From a virus: a stretch of 40,119 nt of DNA. The notes below the pieces were generated by a model. That model did no database searches and was not told the origin of the DNA. It was given only the letters and a program-made list of their open reading frames with translations. Below are positions 38,747 through 40,119 of the stretch, in pieces; position 1 is the stretch's first letter, and each line of letters opens with the position of its first letter. The stretch spans positions 1 to 40,119 of IMG/VR virus record IMGVR_UViG_3300019132_000007, one strand, 5' to 3'. The position numbers were made by a program, and so were the translations under genes.

Positions 38747-39977
38747 TGCTGTTTTTCCTCATAAGTGGGCTTTCGAGCTTGTCCGCAGAAGGATCCGAAG
38801 CTTTCGGCAGCTCCTGAAGCTCGCGCACCTCGTTGGGGTACATCCATGGGTGATGGCCGCCGGCGCCCAGCGCTTTGGTAAAGAATTCGGCCTGATCTTT
38901 CAGCGTCCCGCGCAGCAGCGCTCGCTCGTTGAACTTCACGTAAAACTTTTCGATCTCGTCATCGGTAAGCAGAGTCCGCACAACTGCCTGCTCCCATGCT
39001 GTGAACCATTGATCCAGTCCGTATTGCACGAAGAAGATGCCGAGCTGCTCGATACCACTGCCCCATGATGTGTCATCCATCATCAGGAGCGGACGCGGAA
39101 CGCCCATGGCTCGGGCGATTTCCTCGATCTGGTGATTGCGGTTCTCGATGTGCTGCGAATCTGCGGCGGTGTCGGCAAACTTCGCTGCCGTCAATCCCTC
39201 TTCAAGGATCATCCACTTGTGCGCCTGGTCGGCGCCGCTCTTGTTTTCCAGCGATTCCTGCAGGCGAGTGAACGCTGTATCGCTCAGCGCATTGGGTGCC
39301 GATAGGGCACCGCCAGCCATAACGCCATTTTTGAACAGCTTTGCAGCGGCCTTTTCAGCCTGCAGCGCAATGCCGATCGCCTCTTTTGCCAGCTTTACCC
39401 GGGAAAGCCCCTTGATTCCGTCTTCTGACAAGTCGCAAAGGTGGAAAACCTCATTCGCCGGCAGGTCGATAGTGCCGCCATCCTTGCGCGTGAAGCGGTA
39501 GATCACGCTCCAGTCATCGTTTTGAATGGGCTCAACCTTCCCCGGCTCGATCGGCACCAATCGGATGATCTGGCCGCGGGAGCGAATCACCCGGGCGTAT
39601 GCGTTTCCGTGCAAAAGCACCCGCATTTGCATCAGCCGCTTGAACTCGTAGGCGGTCTGCCAGTTGTTCGGGCGTTGCTTGAGAACGCGGTAAAGCGGGT
39701 GCTCGACGGCATGCCGTTTTTCGTCACCGCGCTCTATCAGATTCAAAGGCAACTTACCAATCGACTCTGAAATCAGCGTCACGCATCGCAAGAGCGCCAT
39801 GTTTTGCAGCGCTTTACTTGCCGTGACGTATGCGCCGGCCGCCGATTCGCTACCGCCACGCATGTACTCAAGCAAGCCAGGATCATCGAGCCCGGTGAAT
39901 AGCGTTCCGGCGGCGGCCAATGGGCGTGACTGTGCCTCCGGCGCTTCCTTTCGCCGGAAAAAATCAAACATGCCCAT
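38721..39977 (-). CDS. Portal protein, HK97 family
   Basis: 418 aa directly downstream of terL (AAGGAG RBS). Typical portal motifs LHGNAYA and PLLMMDD. Confidence 0.85.
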   Translation of the reverse strand: MGMFDFFRRKEAPEAQSRPLAAAGTLFTGLDDPGLLEYMRGGSESAAGAYVTASKALQNMALLRCVTLISESIGKLPLNLIERGDEKRHAVEHPLYRVLKQRPNNWQTAYEFKRLMQMRVLLHGNAYARVIRSRGQIIRLVPIEPGKVEPIQNDDWSVIYRFTRKDGGTIDLPANEVFHLCDLSEDGIKGLSRVKLAKEAIGIALQAEKAAAKLFKNGVMAGGALSAPNALSDTAFTRLQESLENKSGADQAHKWMILEEGLTAAKFADTAADSQHIENRNHQIEEIARAMGVPRPLLMMDDTSWGSGIEQLGIFFVQYGLDQWFTAWEQAVVRTLLTDDEIEKFYVKFNERALLRGTLKDQAEFFTKALGAGGHHPWMYPNEVRELQELPKASDPSADKLESPLMRKNSNEPAKNPA

Positions 39978-39985
39978 GTGGCTCC

Positions 39986-40119
39986 TTAAATCATTCTGAT
40001 GCCGCGCGTCTCGTAGACGGACGCGGGTTGGTCAACGGCGCTTGGCATCACGCCGACAGCCATAGCCAGCGCCACCATGCCGTCAATTCGTCCGGTCGCC
40101 TTGCCCTTCACAAACTTAC
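39986..40119 (-). CDS. terL: 3' end of terL (39986-40020 is unique sequence; 40021-40119 duplicates 1-99)
   Basis: The frame from base 1 continues as ...VMPSAVDQPASVYETRGIRMI-TAA, with the stop at 39988-39986. Total length is 1506 nt, or 502 codons. Confidence 0.85.
   Translation of the reverse strand, partial: KFVKGKATGRIDGMVALAMAVGVMPSAVDQPASVYETRGIRMI
40021..40119. repeat. Terminal direct repeat copy B (identical to 1-99)
   Basis: Identical to bases 1-99. Confidence 0.95.

Noticed and set aside
1-40119. CRISPR arrays, transposases or IS elements, reverse transcriptases and rRNA/tRNA genes
   Set aside because: I found no regularly spaced direct repeats, no DDE/HUH transposase or RT (YxDD) motifs in any long ORF, and no rRNA/tRNA-like sequence while reading both strands.

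Overview
The window is a complete temperate lambdoid siphovirus (or excised prophage) genome of about 40,020 bp. Bases 1-99 are identical to 40021-40119, and the large-terminase ORF reads continuously across that junction, so this is a circular contig with a 99-bp overlap. GC is moderately high by eye and there are many antisense shadow ORFs. A Burkholderiales-like host is only a guess.

Minus strand, in transcription order:
- Immunity and regulation: Cro/YdaS-like and YdaT/CII-like regulators.
- Replication and nin-like region: replication organizer, NinB-like protein, Ref-like nuclease, SPFH lipoprotein and PD-(D/E)XK nuclease.
- Late control: Q-family antiterminator, a PR'-like late promoter and a leader terminator.
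- Packaging and head: HNH, TerS, TerL, HK97-type portal, ClpP-like protease and major capsid, then connector and tail-completion genes.
- Tail: major tail protein, G/GT chaperones with an A_AAA_AAC -1 frameshift site, a 1709-aa tape measure, a tail tip protein and a fibre.
- Lysis: dual-start holin, SAR endolysin and Rz with embedded Rz1.

Plus strand:
- A CI-like repressor.
- A low-GC two-gene moron.
- An operator-controlled PL-like promoter driving an early-left operon: Sak4-like ATPase, DUF669/SSB-like protein, many unknowns, DUF551 protein, orphan C5-cytosine methyltransferase, Xis and Int, followed by an attP-like region.
- A short accessory cluster after attP.

The most unusual features:
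1. A roughly 650-nt stretch (12650-13300) with no credible ORFs and many predicted helices, just downstream of the PL-like promoter. It is a candidate large ncRNA or structured leader.
2. A HigBA-like toxin-antitoxin cassette with a perfect consensus sigma70 promoter and a leaderless toxin start, inserted antisense into the late operon.
3. A phage-encoded SPFH/band-7 lipoprotein with a small membrane partner.
4. A late operon punctuated by many intrinsic terminators, two of them nearly identical.
5. A membrane zinc-ribbon moron between the tail chaperones and the tape measure gene.

No homology search, RNA folding or GC calculation could be run. All product calls rest on motifs I recognised by reading the sequence.
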